Source of the DNA: Vitrella brassicaformis CCMP3155
Lineage: Eukaryota > Protista > Chromerida
DNA: 64,000 bases
Reading direction: 5' to 3'
NCBI GenBank assembly: GCA_001179505.1
Contig: CDMY01000373.1
Span: 1-64,000, forward strand
Shown in pieces: positions 1-11,396 of this stretch. Position 1 is the stretch's first letter; each line of letters begins with the position of its first letter. Below the pieces are notes generated by a model. The model was not told where the DNA came from. It saw nothing but the letters and a program-made list of their open reading frames with translations, and ran no database searches. A program made the position numbers and the translations under genes.

Positions 1-186
1 GGCTTGAGGGCAAATACCCATCTGCATGAGATGATCTTGGTCGTTCAAAGTTGTTTTTGTCCATGTATGGCATCATGAAGGGTGGTCAACACAGATCTCA
101 CTTCGGTGATGGCTGATAAGATCGTGTCTCCTCAGAATGCTTTCCTTGTCTTTCCTTGTCTTCACCTCTCTCTCTCCGTTACACAG

Positions 187-1002
187 CAATCTACCCTAGC
201 TCACAAGCTCGCAGTGGTTCGTCTTGCCAAGCTGGCAATCCTGACAAAGAAGACCGAGAAGGACATCCACGAAGCCAGGGAGAAGCATGGTGCGTCCGAT
301 CCGTCACCTTCTTCGCCTGATGATGTTCTGCTTCTCAATGTGGGCGGCGCTGAGATGAGTGTCAAGCGCAAGCACATGACGGAGGGAGTAGGGGTGGAGG
401 GCACGCTGCTGGCAGCACTCTTCGCGGGCTGCTGGGACAGCCGATTCATCAAGATCAACGACAATGGCAAGACGACCAAAGAAGCTCCTGTAAGAGCCTG
501 GGAGGGCTGATTAGCTTTGTGGCCATGAGTTCGTGTATCTTTGTGTGTGTGGTAGATTTTCGTCGATATCGATCCTGGTGCGTTTAAGTTCATTCACAGG
601 GCCATATTGGACGCGGAGACCATCTGGAGCGCCACCGTCCGGCTAACAATCAGGCCTCCATCAGCCACCTGCTCGAAGACGCCAGAAGACGCAACTTCAC
701 TGGTGAGGAGGCAAAGTGACAGGAAAAGGTTTCCTTGCTCGTTTGTCCATCTCTCTCTCTGTCTGTCTGCTGGGTGTGTGCCAACAGGGCTTCACGATTT
801 CTGGATCAAGAAGATGCTGTCGCCAATCGACTCGGCTGCTGCAGGGACCACTGGTGCCATCACTAACCCACGGGTGTCGGCCACTGGCACCCCCAATGAG
901 CTAAATGACTTCGTGAAGGCGTTCGCCGCTGAGAAGGCCCGGCTGGAGGGCGAGTGGGACACCGCCAAGCGACGGTATGAGAATCTCGGCAACGAAATCA
1001 AG
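187..1002 (+). pseudogene. Truncated, frameshifted paralog of the BTB-BTB-FKBP family (coiled coil + KCTD-type BTB + coiled coil only; 5' end may lie upstream of the window)
   Basis: Exons read PDDVLLLNVGGAEMSVKRKHMTEGVGVEGTLLAALFAG, FVDIDPGAFKFIHRAIL and LHDFWIKKML...EGEWDTAKRRYENLGNEIK, collinear with the genes at 11.4-13.5 kb and 52.4-54.4 kb. Near 637-642 the frame shifts: the conserved NQASISHLLEDARRRNFTG lies in a different frame from ETIWSAT. Homology to the paralog's intron ends at ~1040, and no downstream BTB2 or FKBP exons were found. Confidence 0.75.
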
Positions 1003-2287
1003 GTGACCGACGATCAGAAAGCAGCGGCAAGAGGACAAGCTACATACGCGTCTCCTATGAAACGCATTAAAATGCATCCATGGAAACGATATAGCAGCCC
1101 TGCAAAAACGAGGCAGGGACCAGGGCGGACGTCCGGCACACCAAGGTTTCCCTTGGCTACCCCTGGGTTTCGTAAAAAGGCCAGTTTGTTTTCACCCTGA
1201 TGGCGCAGGGCCGCCCAGCTTGCATACTCCCCCGGGCCAGGGGAGGTGGTGTGTCAGGTATATGTCGTGGGGGTGCGTGTACGCGTCTGTCTTGTATGCT
1301 CAGTATCCGTGTCGGTGGTGTGTGCACAGGTTCTAGAGGGTCCTGGCCCCCCGTCTCGCATGCAACACACAGACCGGCTTGAAGACGTACTCGGAGTGGC
1401 CAGAGCATGCCTGAGCTTCACCATGCATGTGCAATGTGACCCCGAGTGCCCGTCTTTTGGCCCGTCTCACCTCCTTACATTTTACCTCACTGAAGACGCT
1501 TTCCACCCGTCTCTGGACAGCTCAGAGTCGCTGGAAGGCAGGCACTGCTGCAGCCTCCCCCGCCGAAAGCTTCTCCCACCCCTGCGACGTCACGCTGCCC
1601 ACAGAAACGGCGGTCCATGGGGCAGCCAGGGTGCTCCACATGGTGTTTCAACAGTGGAGTCGACATGCAGCCTGGCGCCTAGTCCGTCGAACTTCCAACA
1701 CACACCTGACAGATATGGGATAGATCAAACACACCATCGGGGAGGAAGGCATAATGCTCGATTCAATCGAACTGTATGGATGGATAGATGGGCTGGCAGA
1801 AACCACATCACGTCATTGAAGACGATGTATTCAGTCCCATGCAGTGTCTCATCACTAGAAAAACACTCGCATCACCACCTGTGTGCTGTGCGCTAGTATC
1901 CCACATGCAAGCGGGACTACCGATATGTCTGATCTCCCCTCAGTCTAATCATCCCTCACTGAGTCGTTCACCTACATGCAGTGTGCGCTCGCACGTATCC
2001 ACACACATAGAAACCATTTGTCTGTCGCATCCCTTCCTCCCTCCCTCCCTCGCTCCCCCATTTCGCCATCTAGCTGGCGCTAGCTGGCTGAACGGTCCGC
2101 GAGAGCTGACTTGGGGTACGTGTGTAGAAAGGCCCTCTTATGTCGAGCTGCTGCGGCCGTTGCCTCCTGCCTGGCCGCCGCTTCCATCAGAAACAGACTG
2201 GAAGGGAACAACCACATAGGCGGCTGCACCAATGCACACACATGCAAGCGCACACATGACGCACCTGATCAACCATCTCTCCCGCAG

Positions 2288-3953
2288 TCAGATTCCTACG
2301 TTGTTTGGATGAAAGTGCGCCTCCAGCCGGTCAGTCTCCTCCTTCTCAAACAGGGCTTCAAGCTCCGTGACGCTCGCACCGTCCCTCTCGAGCACTGCGG
2401 CCCTCAGGTAGGTCACCATTAGCCGCTGTAGATGTCCATGTGATTCCGTCGTGGCCTGGATGGCTTCCAGGACCTGCAGCGCGGAGATGCGACGGCCGGG
2501 CCTTTCCTTCTCAGTGAGATGGTCGCTTCGGTCGTATTGGTCTTCTCCCTCACCCCTTGCACAAGCGTCGAAAGAGACCTGCCGTTGGCAAGGCCGGCGA
2601 GAGACCTGAATGACAGAAAGAGACAGACCGACGGTGCAGAGCATGCTCATCCCGGTGCGTACGTGTGTGTGTGTGTGTGTGTGTGTGGCGTACCTTGTGA
2701 AGGCGACCAACAGCTGGCCCTGTGGCCAGAGGTCCTCAGGCTCTGGGAGAGCCATCACTCCGCCCCAATTGCCAAATCTCGCCTCGACGACATGCTCAAG
2801 TGTCGCATGGGTGTCGGCGAGGTCCTTTACGGTCTCCATACGCTCAAAGTCCGTCTTCTGTTTGACCTCCTGCGCGTAGTGCCGCGCCATGGACGCGTTG
2901 TTGGTGAGCATGCCGATCACAGCCAGGAAGTGATGTGACTGAACCAAAAGGCAGAAATGGCCGTTGATTGCATTCCCTCCTCTTTGTCTATGTGTGGGCC
3001 CTTTCACGGAGGTAATGATACTCGTAGTAGAGAGCGGACAGGCCCTGGCCATTCTGCGAGAAGTAGGCATGGTCAGTGGCGATGGCCCTCAAGTTGGCGT
3101 CGATCGCCTCGTCCCACATGCCCCGCCTCCAGGAGATGTGTGTGGGCATGTGCTCGAAATGAGCGATCCTCCCATCAGAGAAACTCGGCAGCTGCTGCGC
3201 CGCCATCAATCCCAACTCGTCAGTGGTGTTCCTCTCCGTGAGATGGATGTACGTGTGCCAGGCTCCTGGATGGTGGGGATACTCGGGGATGGCACCCCGC
3301 AAGATGCTGATGGCCTGCTCTCGGTGCGACAGGGAGGCGTCGATGGCGTCGGCGAAGAGCATGGCGTCCGTCAACAAAGCCACGATCTCTGCCTCAACGG
3401 CCGGCTGGTCAGCATGGTGCGACCGCAGGTCTTGCAGAGCCGCAATGAGGTACTGCTGGCCCTCGCCTGGCGTCTTCTGCGTGAGCGACTCATGAAGCTC
3501 CTCGATGAGCCGCTTCTCCAAATCGCTGATCTCTCTCTCGCCGCCGGCCTCTTCCGCCTCATTTCGCCGCAGCAACGACACGGACGTCTTGCTGTATGGG
3601 AGGGCCGCTGACGTGAGTGGGTGTCCAGCTTCGATGGCCTCGTGCTTGCGGCAGATGGCGATGCCCCAGTAACACATGGCACACTTCGCGTCATGATGAG
3701 CCGCCAACCGAAACTGCACACCAACAAACACAAGCGATGAGCAGGCACACAGGTGCGTGTTGTGGTCGTTTATCTTTCGTACATGGTGTTCTCCTTCTTT
3801 GTAGGCATACGCGTAGAACCAGAGAAGGCCCCTGTCGAAAGATTTCGCCGCCTGAGCCACACTCGAGACCGCCACAGGAAAGGAGAACTCACCAGCCGCG
3901 ACGTGTGTCACCGCAATAAGGCTGATCAGCGACGGCAGAAGCCAAGAACACAT
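2288..3953 (-). CDS. Secreted bacterial/fungal-type TPR-domain protein, spliced; a further 3' exon to ~2090-2150 is possible
   Basis: Signal peptide MCSWLLPSLISLIAVTHVAA. Removing intron 3714-3782 gives FDRGLLWFYAYAYKEGEHHFRLAAHHDAKCAMCYWGIA. Further motifs are HHPGAWHTYIHLTE, HFEHMPTHI, HHFL, ARFGNWGGVMALPEP and HPNN, matching the CAMxYWG / HPGAxHxYIH / HMPSH family recognised from memory. One junction near 2940-3010 could not be closed in frame with GT-AG. Confidence 0.75.
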
Positions 3954-4307
3954 TGCGAGCTGAGCCGCAACGATAGAATCCGTCAAAAGTTGTCAAGATC
4001 TCCCAGACGAGGTGAGACTAGCATCACGCTCACCATCACATCTCGCCGGCCTTCAGAAATCAGTTCCTTCTTCTCGGTCCAGAAAAGGAAGCGATCCAGA
4101 GAAAGCGAGAGAGCGAGAACGCCGCAGGAGAAGTGAGCAGCACACAGCACTTACGAAGGGTCCACCAAGACAACACCAGGCCTCAGATCTCTGATTTCGG
4201 CTGTCCCCTCAATCCCACCCAACTTGGGCTCGCAATTGCGACGATCGGAAAAGGAAGAAACGCGAACAGCCGAAAACGACGAGAAACAAGCACCAACCGA
4301 TAGAGCC

Positions 4308-5504
4308 ATGACCACACTGATAGTCCTGACCCTCTTGGCCCTCCTGCTCTTCCCCTCAGGTACACTCACGTGGGAGGGGGGGTGTGGGACACTCACATGA
4401 CGTGCGGAGAATGAGACACAACGGAGCGTCTCCCCCTCCCTCTCTGTGTGTGGTGTGTCTGTTCAGTCTTCGCGCAGGAGGTGGCCACACAGAACGAGCA
4501 ACAGGCACACGATGACGACACTCGCGAACTGGCCCCTGTGGATCTCCAGTCGGCACTCGACGCCATCCGCATGGGCGAGCGGGGCAGGATGAGCTTCCAG
4601 AGCCTCCAGCGCCAGCGCATCACGTCCCTGCCCCGTCCCGGCTCACCCATCAGCAGCGGCACCCGACAGCAGGGAGGTGACGTCCCGTCGGGCATGATTG
4701 ACCTGGGAATGGCCGGCGGCACGCGCCAGCTCGAAGACACCGAGGCAGCCATCGACGAGGCACCACGGCTGCTCAATGAAGGTGAGCAACCACTCACAAA
4801 GGGTAGGGAGGGGTGGCCACGAAGGGTGCGAATGCGCATCTGTGTGTGTGTGTGTGTGTGTGTGTCGTGCAGCCGTTGCGCCAGAGAATGACGCCGACGA
4901 GATCGACCCCACAGAGGACGAGTTGCGCGAGCTGTTTGGCGGTGGCGGCGGGCCTGTGGACCTGCAGACGGCACTCCAGAACATCCGCATGGGCGACCGC
5001 GGCCGCATGAGGATCGACCGACTCCGCAACGAGCGCATCACGGCCCTCCCCTCATCGCCCGTCGCCGACCAGATCCGCATCGGCACCCGCCAGGGCGGCG
5101 CCTCCACGGGCACAGGGACCTACAGCGCCCAGGATCTCGCCTCCATGATTCGCAGCTCACGGATGCAGGCAATGCAGAACGCCGCTTCTGCTATGCGCGC
5201 GGCCGCGGGTGGCGGAGGAGGAGGCGGCTCGCGGCAGCTCGAGGAGACCGAGAGTGAGCCAGCGGCTGTCGAGGCCCCTGCTGATGGAATGGGCGACGAG
5301 GAGCCTCGAGAGCTCCAGGTGGACATGACGGCGGCGCTGAACCGCATCCGTGGTGGCGACCGCATGTCACTCGACCGGATGCGCAACGCCCGCATCACCT
5401 CCCTGCCGCAGGGTGGTCAGCGGGTCCCCCCCATGGGCACACCGACGAGCGGCGGCCGACGGCTGCGTGGCGACGCCGCCCAGGAGACAGAGGAGGAGCA
5501 ATGA
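4308..5504 (+). CDS. Secreted three-repeat precursor protein with R-x-L motifs and acidic spacers (novel)
   Basis: Exons 4308-4359, 4467-4781 and 4873-5504 join in frame through two phase-1 GT-AG introns. The signal peptide is MTTLIVLTLLALLLFPSVFA. Three repeats follow the pattern VD(L/M)xxALxxIRxG(D/E)R..M...R..RIT(S/A)LP. Confidence 0.85.
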
Positions 5505-6884
5505 TGGGCTGGATGGATGAATGGGTAGCGAGTCGAGTGTGTGTGCGACTTGGGCTGGATGGATGTCTGTCTGATCGTGGCGGCTCGTGAGGTGAGCCGT
5601 CTTGTATCCATTTGTTGTGTTGTGTGGGGTGGATGGATGGGGCGGGTGGGCTGCCGGCAGATCAGATCTGATGTAGTCTACTGTCTAGTCTAGTCCACTG
5701 CCTGTAGATGTACCGACCGACCTACCACCAAGCCGACCAAACCACTGGACAAGGAGCACACGCACTCACCCTCACACACAGCACAGCACAGCAGACAGGC
5801 TTTTTCCGTGTCTTATCGGATCATCGGATCATCGGATGACGAATCAGGGGATGGGTCGACTGTACATGGCTCTTGTGCACAAGACATAGATACATACCGA
5901 ACACACTGCAACACTACACTGACTGGTGGTGGTGGGTGGATCTGTGTCATCACGTGTGTTTGTCCGCGTGTGGATGTGTTGGGCTGCCGGTGCTACTGTA
6001 GACAGACAGGGGGGGACCGGCAGTTGGCACACGTCCACACGTGTGCCGGTTGCTTTGTCCCGTTGACACCATACCCAGACGTCGCATTCCATCTCTCTAT
6101 CGTACGCCCGCCATGCTGTCTTTCTTTCTTTATCGTAGCGTCATTATTCGTCACACCGTAGTTGCGTTTCCTCGCTCACACTCACATGGGTTCCGCTCTG
6201 TGGTGTGCTGTGTCGCGTTGTGTTGTGTTGTGTTTGTTTGAGTGAAGCTGCGCGTTCATCGCTCGCTTGTGGGTTGAGTGCAAATGTGTACCAAGTACCT
6301 ATTGCTTTATCGCTGTGGTGGCTGCATCGATGGCGTGTGCGTGTCCATGTGTGTGTTTGTGGTATGTCAGCTGCGAGTGATGGACGGGTGGCGGATGCTC
6401 CAAACGTTGACCAGACCGCTACCTACCTACCTACCTACCTTATCTATGGTCGTGTTTGCACCCTCGACTCACTTATCTAACTGTCCACTGACTGACTGAC
6501 TGACTCTCAAGCACTGCCTACTGCTGACATCAGTCAAGACGGACGAGCGAATGGAAGGAACGAACGAGCGGTGTGTACATGTACAGTTGCGATACGTAAA
6601 TTCTTACATACATAGGTGGATGTGTACATGTACATACACATATATACATATACATGTGGATGGAATGGAGCGATCGATCGCCGTACCGTCACAGTGTAAT
6701 TTGCCACTCTATTTTCATTCGTCGCTCATCATGATGACGAGGGCCGGTTCTTTATCAATTCGCCGTGTGTCAGCCATGATGACTGTGGTTTTTGTTTTCC
6801 ATGTATCTTTATACACATGCATGCATATACACGAGTCGACTCACCCCCGTTGTACGTAAATGGATACCTGCCTACCATGTCTGT

Positions 6885-6965
6885 CTGCCTTGCTGGCTGC
6901 CTGTCTGCCTGTCTGTCTGCCTTGCTGGCTGCCTGTCTGCCTGTCTGCCTGTCTGCCTGTGTGTC
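6885..6965. repeat. Compound (GCCT/GTCT)n microsatellite in the ~3 kb non-coding gap between convergent genes
   Basis: Direct reading: ...tgcctgtctgcctgtctgtctgccttgctggctgcctgtctgcctgtctgcctgtctgcctgt... Confidence 0.8.
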
Positions 6966-8670
6966 TGCGTGTGTGCGTGTGGTGTGTATTGTCAGTGGTA
7001 GCACCGTCTCGGTCTTTTTGCGTCTGTCGGCAGCTGAGCTGGCCTCAGCGACTGCTCAGGCGTGAGAAGGGAAGGCATGGTGTGACTGCAATCCATGCAC
7101 CATCCATGTGTGTCGTGGCGTGGAGTGGTGTGAAGGGGGCTCGTGCAGGCAGGGGATTCCCTCTCCTTTCGAGCTCTTTTTTCCGTCATCTGATGTCGCA
7201 TCATGTTGTGTTGTGTGTGCCTATCTAAACCGCTCATTGTGTGCCTGTGAGAGACGCACGATACGATGACTCCCCTGCCTGAGAGCTGTCCCTGGCTGGT
7301 TGCCTTGCCTTGCCTTCCCTTTCTTGGCTGGTGGCGTTGTCGTGTGGCGTGGCCGAGCAGTCGCTGTGTACATGTACCATCTACTCGTAGGTGTCTGTCG
7401 CGTGTGGATTGTGTGGATGTGACGTGGCGAGAGGCGGCAAGAGGGAGGGAGGGAGGGTGGGAGGGGGAGGGGGGAGGGGTGTTGGCGGGGCTTCTGATCT
7501 CACTTTCACATCGACACCATACACACCACGCACCCACATGTGCACACTCACTTAACTGTCTTCTCCTTGATCGACGGATCATCCTTGTGTCAAGAATTTT
7601 CCGTGTGCCTCACTCACCTTCTCACTTACCATCCAATTGCCTGTGTGTGCGCGTGTGGCACAGACTGTCTGACTGTGCCTGCCTGCCTGTCTGTCTGCCT
7701 CTCGTCCGTCACTGTACCCGTAGAGTGCGCCTGGAGAAGAAAGTGTTTCCATTCATTGATTCGTACGTACGCGCTTGCATGTCCCCGCCCCATGATCTGC
7801 ATGTGTGTGCGCCATGGCATGAGCATAGCCGACCGGCTGCAATTGTGTCTGTGTCGTCGCATGTACCGGTGGAGGGATGGATGGATGAGAGATGTGTGAC
7901 CGAACGTAGTGTCGCTGTGGGATGGGGAAAGATTGACCGGATGCTATGGAGGGAGTGGAGAGGGAGGCGTTGTGTGGTGTTTTTCCGGCGTGGTACTGAT
8001 CACGCTGTGTTCGCACTGCTCGTTGCGCATGGTGAGCTCTGGAGGGCTCTCTCTTGCCTCCGTAACGCTCTGCTACTGTAGGATGGGATGGATGGATAAG
8101 GTGGGACGGTCGGTCGCGTTTTCTTTTTGCTCTCTGGGGGTCTCGATCAATTGTGGCATCTCTGTCTGCTGATTTGACTGATTGGTTGCTCGATTGGCCT
8201 TGGTGCATCGCCTTGCTGCTGCCAATGGGTTGTGCTGACTGACTGACCGTCCTGGTAGGCTAGCTGCTTTGGTCTCTCTCCTTTTTAGCTCTCTCGTTCA
8301 TCCGCTCTATCTATCAGTGGGATAATACTCACGACAGCTGTTGCGCAGCACACTGGTGGAAGAGAGTCTCTCTCTCGTCTCTCTGGTGTGTCAGTCATGA
8401 TTGTCCGTCTGTCTGTCTGTCATGTGTGCGAGTGAATGAATGGATGGACCTCTCGCGTAGCGTACGCGGACTACCTACTTTTATCAAGCACTCTTCCACT
8501 CTTCCATTCGCTCACCAGAAATCCATCCATCCATGCATCCATCAAGATGACAACAGATGTCAACACAAAACATCCATCAGGCACTATAAAAACGCCCTCT
8601 GGCCGATACTGAAACCCCAAATCCAATGCTCCTTTGCCACGTTTCAGTCACCACTCGCCACGGGAGCAAA

Positions 8671-10845
8671 CTATGCTCTCTTCTGCTTCTTCTCCGCAGT
8701 GTCATCATGGCGGCGTCCACGGCGCCTCAACAACAGGTCACAGACCATCCGGCAACACGCACTGCACGCAATGCCGCTGATAAAAGCCTGAGAGAGACAC
8801 AGAGATGGGAGAAGAGAAACCATTATATTCTATCAGATGCACTGACAAGCTCGTGGAAATCACCTCACCAGCATAAAGCCGGCAGCAATGAAATCGAGCG
8901 CAAAGGCCGAGATGAAGCCTTCGCGGTCAGCCACAGTCTGCAGTTGAAGGGTATCTCCCCTCAGGAACGCCACAAGCTCAACCAAATCTGCAGAATGAAG
9001 AGAAGGTCAAGCGGGGTCAACGCAGCCTTCCATTCTTCTTCTTCCCTCTCTCTCGCGAACCGGCAGCTCGCTTGACGCCTCCGTACGTGTGGGAGATGCG
9101 GCTCAGCTTCATGGCAGTGTCTCGATAAGAGAGGTTGCTGATGACCTCCGATATGCTCTGCTGGATGCCCTGTGCGGTGAGAGAGGCTACATTCAGGCAG
9201 ACGGCAGCGCCGGCACGCTGTACTCGCAGACAGTTGTCAGGCTGGTCGCCTATACACACGCAGACAGACAGACACAGAGATTAATGACAGCAGTTGGATT
9301 GGACGTCCATGTGCCCACGCATCTCACCGATGAAAGGCATGCCGATGATGGGCTTGCCGATGTGCAGCGACTCGTGCAGACCATTCGCGCCGCAATGGCT
9401 GAAGAAGGCCTTGACGCGAGGGTGGCTCAATGCCGCCGGGGTCGGCACCCTGCACAACATTCAGATGGAAAGGCCGCCATGACAGCCTGCTCTCCTTCCT
9501 CGCTGTCCTTTTCTCCTTCCCATCAGTCGACTTACGTCTGTACCAGGGCAGAATGCGCAGATTGGGGCTGTCCTCATGGCTTGGAAGGTACCGCCAATCC
9601 CTTGCCTTGAGGGCCCACAGGACCCTCCACTCTGACTGGTTGACCAGCCCCTCGAACAAGATCGGCCCGGTGGTCTCGTCAATGCCGAACACCGTGCCGA
9701 GGCTGACGTACACCACTGGCAGGTCGGAGGCGTCGAGCCACTCAAGCAGGGAGGGCTCGAGGCGAGAAAGCTGCGTGCTGTCGTTGCGCAGCAGAGGACC
9801 GGTGTATTGGATCAGGGGCTGCGCGTGGAATGGGTAGTCGATGCCAGGGACTGAGTGGATCATCTTCAGAACGCCATCTGTATATCTGTGGACAAATCGA
9901 CACACACGACAGACGGCAGGAGAGGAACCACGGCTGCCTGTGTGTGTGTGCGCATACTTTGGGTGGATGACTGTGAGGGGGTAGCCTCTCACCGGGACAA
10001 TAAAGTGCCACGAGAAGGCCGCCCAGAGCTTCCTCAGCCGCTGCATGATCGTCGCGCCGACATAGGGCACGCTAGAGCCGACAGGCACGCTGCAAACAAA
10101 GACATAAGAAAGGACTGACCCACCTCTCAGTCTGCCTGACCATCTTGGCGCACCTGTAGGGCATCGTGTTGTGCCTGGGAGCCAGGGCGAGCTCGCACTG
10201 CGAGACCATCACAGGAATGCTGTACTTGGATGCGACCTCCATCGTCGGACTAGTCAGAACCGTCGTCACATACACATCAGGGAGCGACGCTGACGCTGCT
10301 GCTGACGACGCGAAGAGATTGTCAAGGCTGTCAGACATACGAGCCGACATCTCTTCGAAGACCGGTCCCCATACCTTCAAACTCGAAGCCTGCCGAAACA
10401 AAACCCGACGCGCGTGCACATGCAGAGCAGATCCTGCTTCAGCTCCTCCTCAGATCTCTCTCACCCCATGCACAGACGCGCGCGCCTTCTCCGCGACTTG
10501 AGCCTCACTAGCTCCCTCGCCCAAGTTGACAAAGGCCAGGCCGGCCCTCTCAACCTTCTCCTGCACTGACGACAGGCTGGCCACCTGCCATGTGTGAAAC
10601 ACGACACATACCATGCAAACGACAACTTGTCCTTCCCCCCTACTTACCTGGACATCGTGTCCTCGTTTGCTCAGCTCTTTGGCGAGCTCGATGATGGGAT
10701 GCACAGGGGAGAAGGGGATGGAAGAGAGCAGGACCCTCAGGCTGCCCTCTGGCCGCTCTGGAGCCGAAGCTGCTTCCCCAGACACACGATGCGGCCGCCG
10801 CACAAGGACTAGCGCCTCCAGTAGCAGGGCTGCAAGCCACCGCAT
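8671..10845 (-). CDS. UDP-glycosyltransferase (GT1, UDP-glucuronosyltransferase-like) with signal peptide, C-terminal TM helix and KxKxx tail
   Basis: N-terminus MRWLAALLLEALVLV...HPIIELAKELSKRGHDVQV; VVYVSLGTVF; WRVLWALK; signature WVPTPAALSHPRVKAFFSHCGANGLHESLHIGKPIIGMPFIGDQPDN. Removing intron 8788-8868 gives LDFIAAGFMLAFISGIACSACCRMVCDLLLRRRGRRHDDTAEKKQKRA*. Confidence 0.9.
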
Positions 10846-11396
10846 GATTGGACGCCGAATCGATGGCCTCTCTCGATGATATTGTTGAACCGGGTGTCCC
10901 GCAGGGATCTGGATGAGCGCGTGAGGTGAGGGCTGAAGATGGATGTATTTGACATACCTCGTGTCAGATCTCTGCCAAACCGTCTTTGTTTGGTTTCACG
11001 AACCGATCGAATTCATCGCATCACGTGAGTGGTGGGAAGATAGCATTGCGTAACGCGTTTCAGCGAAGTCGACGACACGTGTTAAACGCAAGACGCATTC
11101 CACTACAAATTGAGCGGTCGGTCAAAGCAGAATTGGATACTGTACCACACGACAGATCAGCTAGATTGAACGCACACCCAGCTAGCGCAATGCAGAGCAG
11201 CAAATCAAATTCCATCAGACCAGTCGAGCAAACGACAACGAGCCAAATGGCAAGAGTTCATCACTCACAGTCTCACTCACACAAATCTTTTCCAATGACA
11301 CTCAGTCTGGCTGGCATCTCATCTCACCCACACTCGTATCAGTGGTCTCCCAAGACGAGTGTGGGTGAGATGAGATCGCACACACACCTCCGCCCC

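Noticed and set aside
1040-1900. ORFs 1246-1896 and 1427-1723 and an apparent GT-AG intron at ~1258-1328
   Set aside because: No recognisable domain and no consistent start. It may be an orphan exon or part of an insertion, but cannot be supported.
5505-8670. Many short ORFs in the 3-kb gap
   Set aside because: They are microsatellite-derived C/V/L-rich translations with no coherent splice path.
8626-9075. Plus-strand 149-aa ORF
   Set aside because: It is the antisense shadow of the last two UGT exons.
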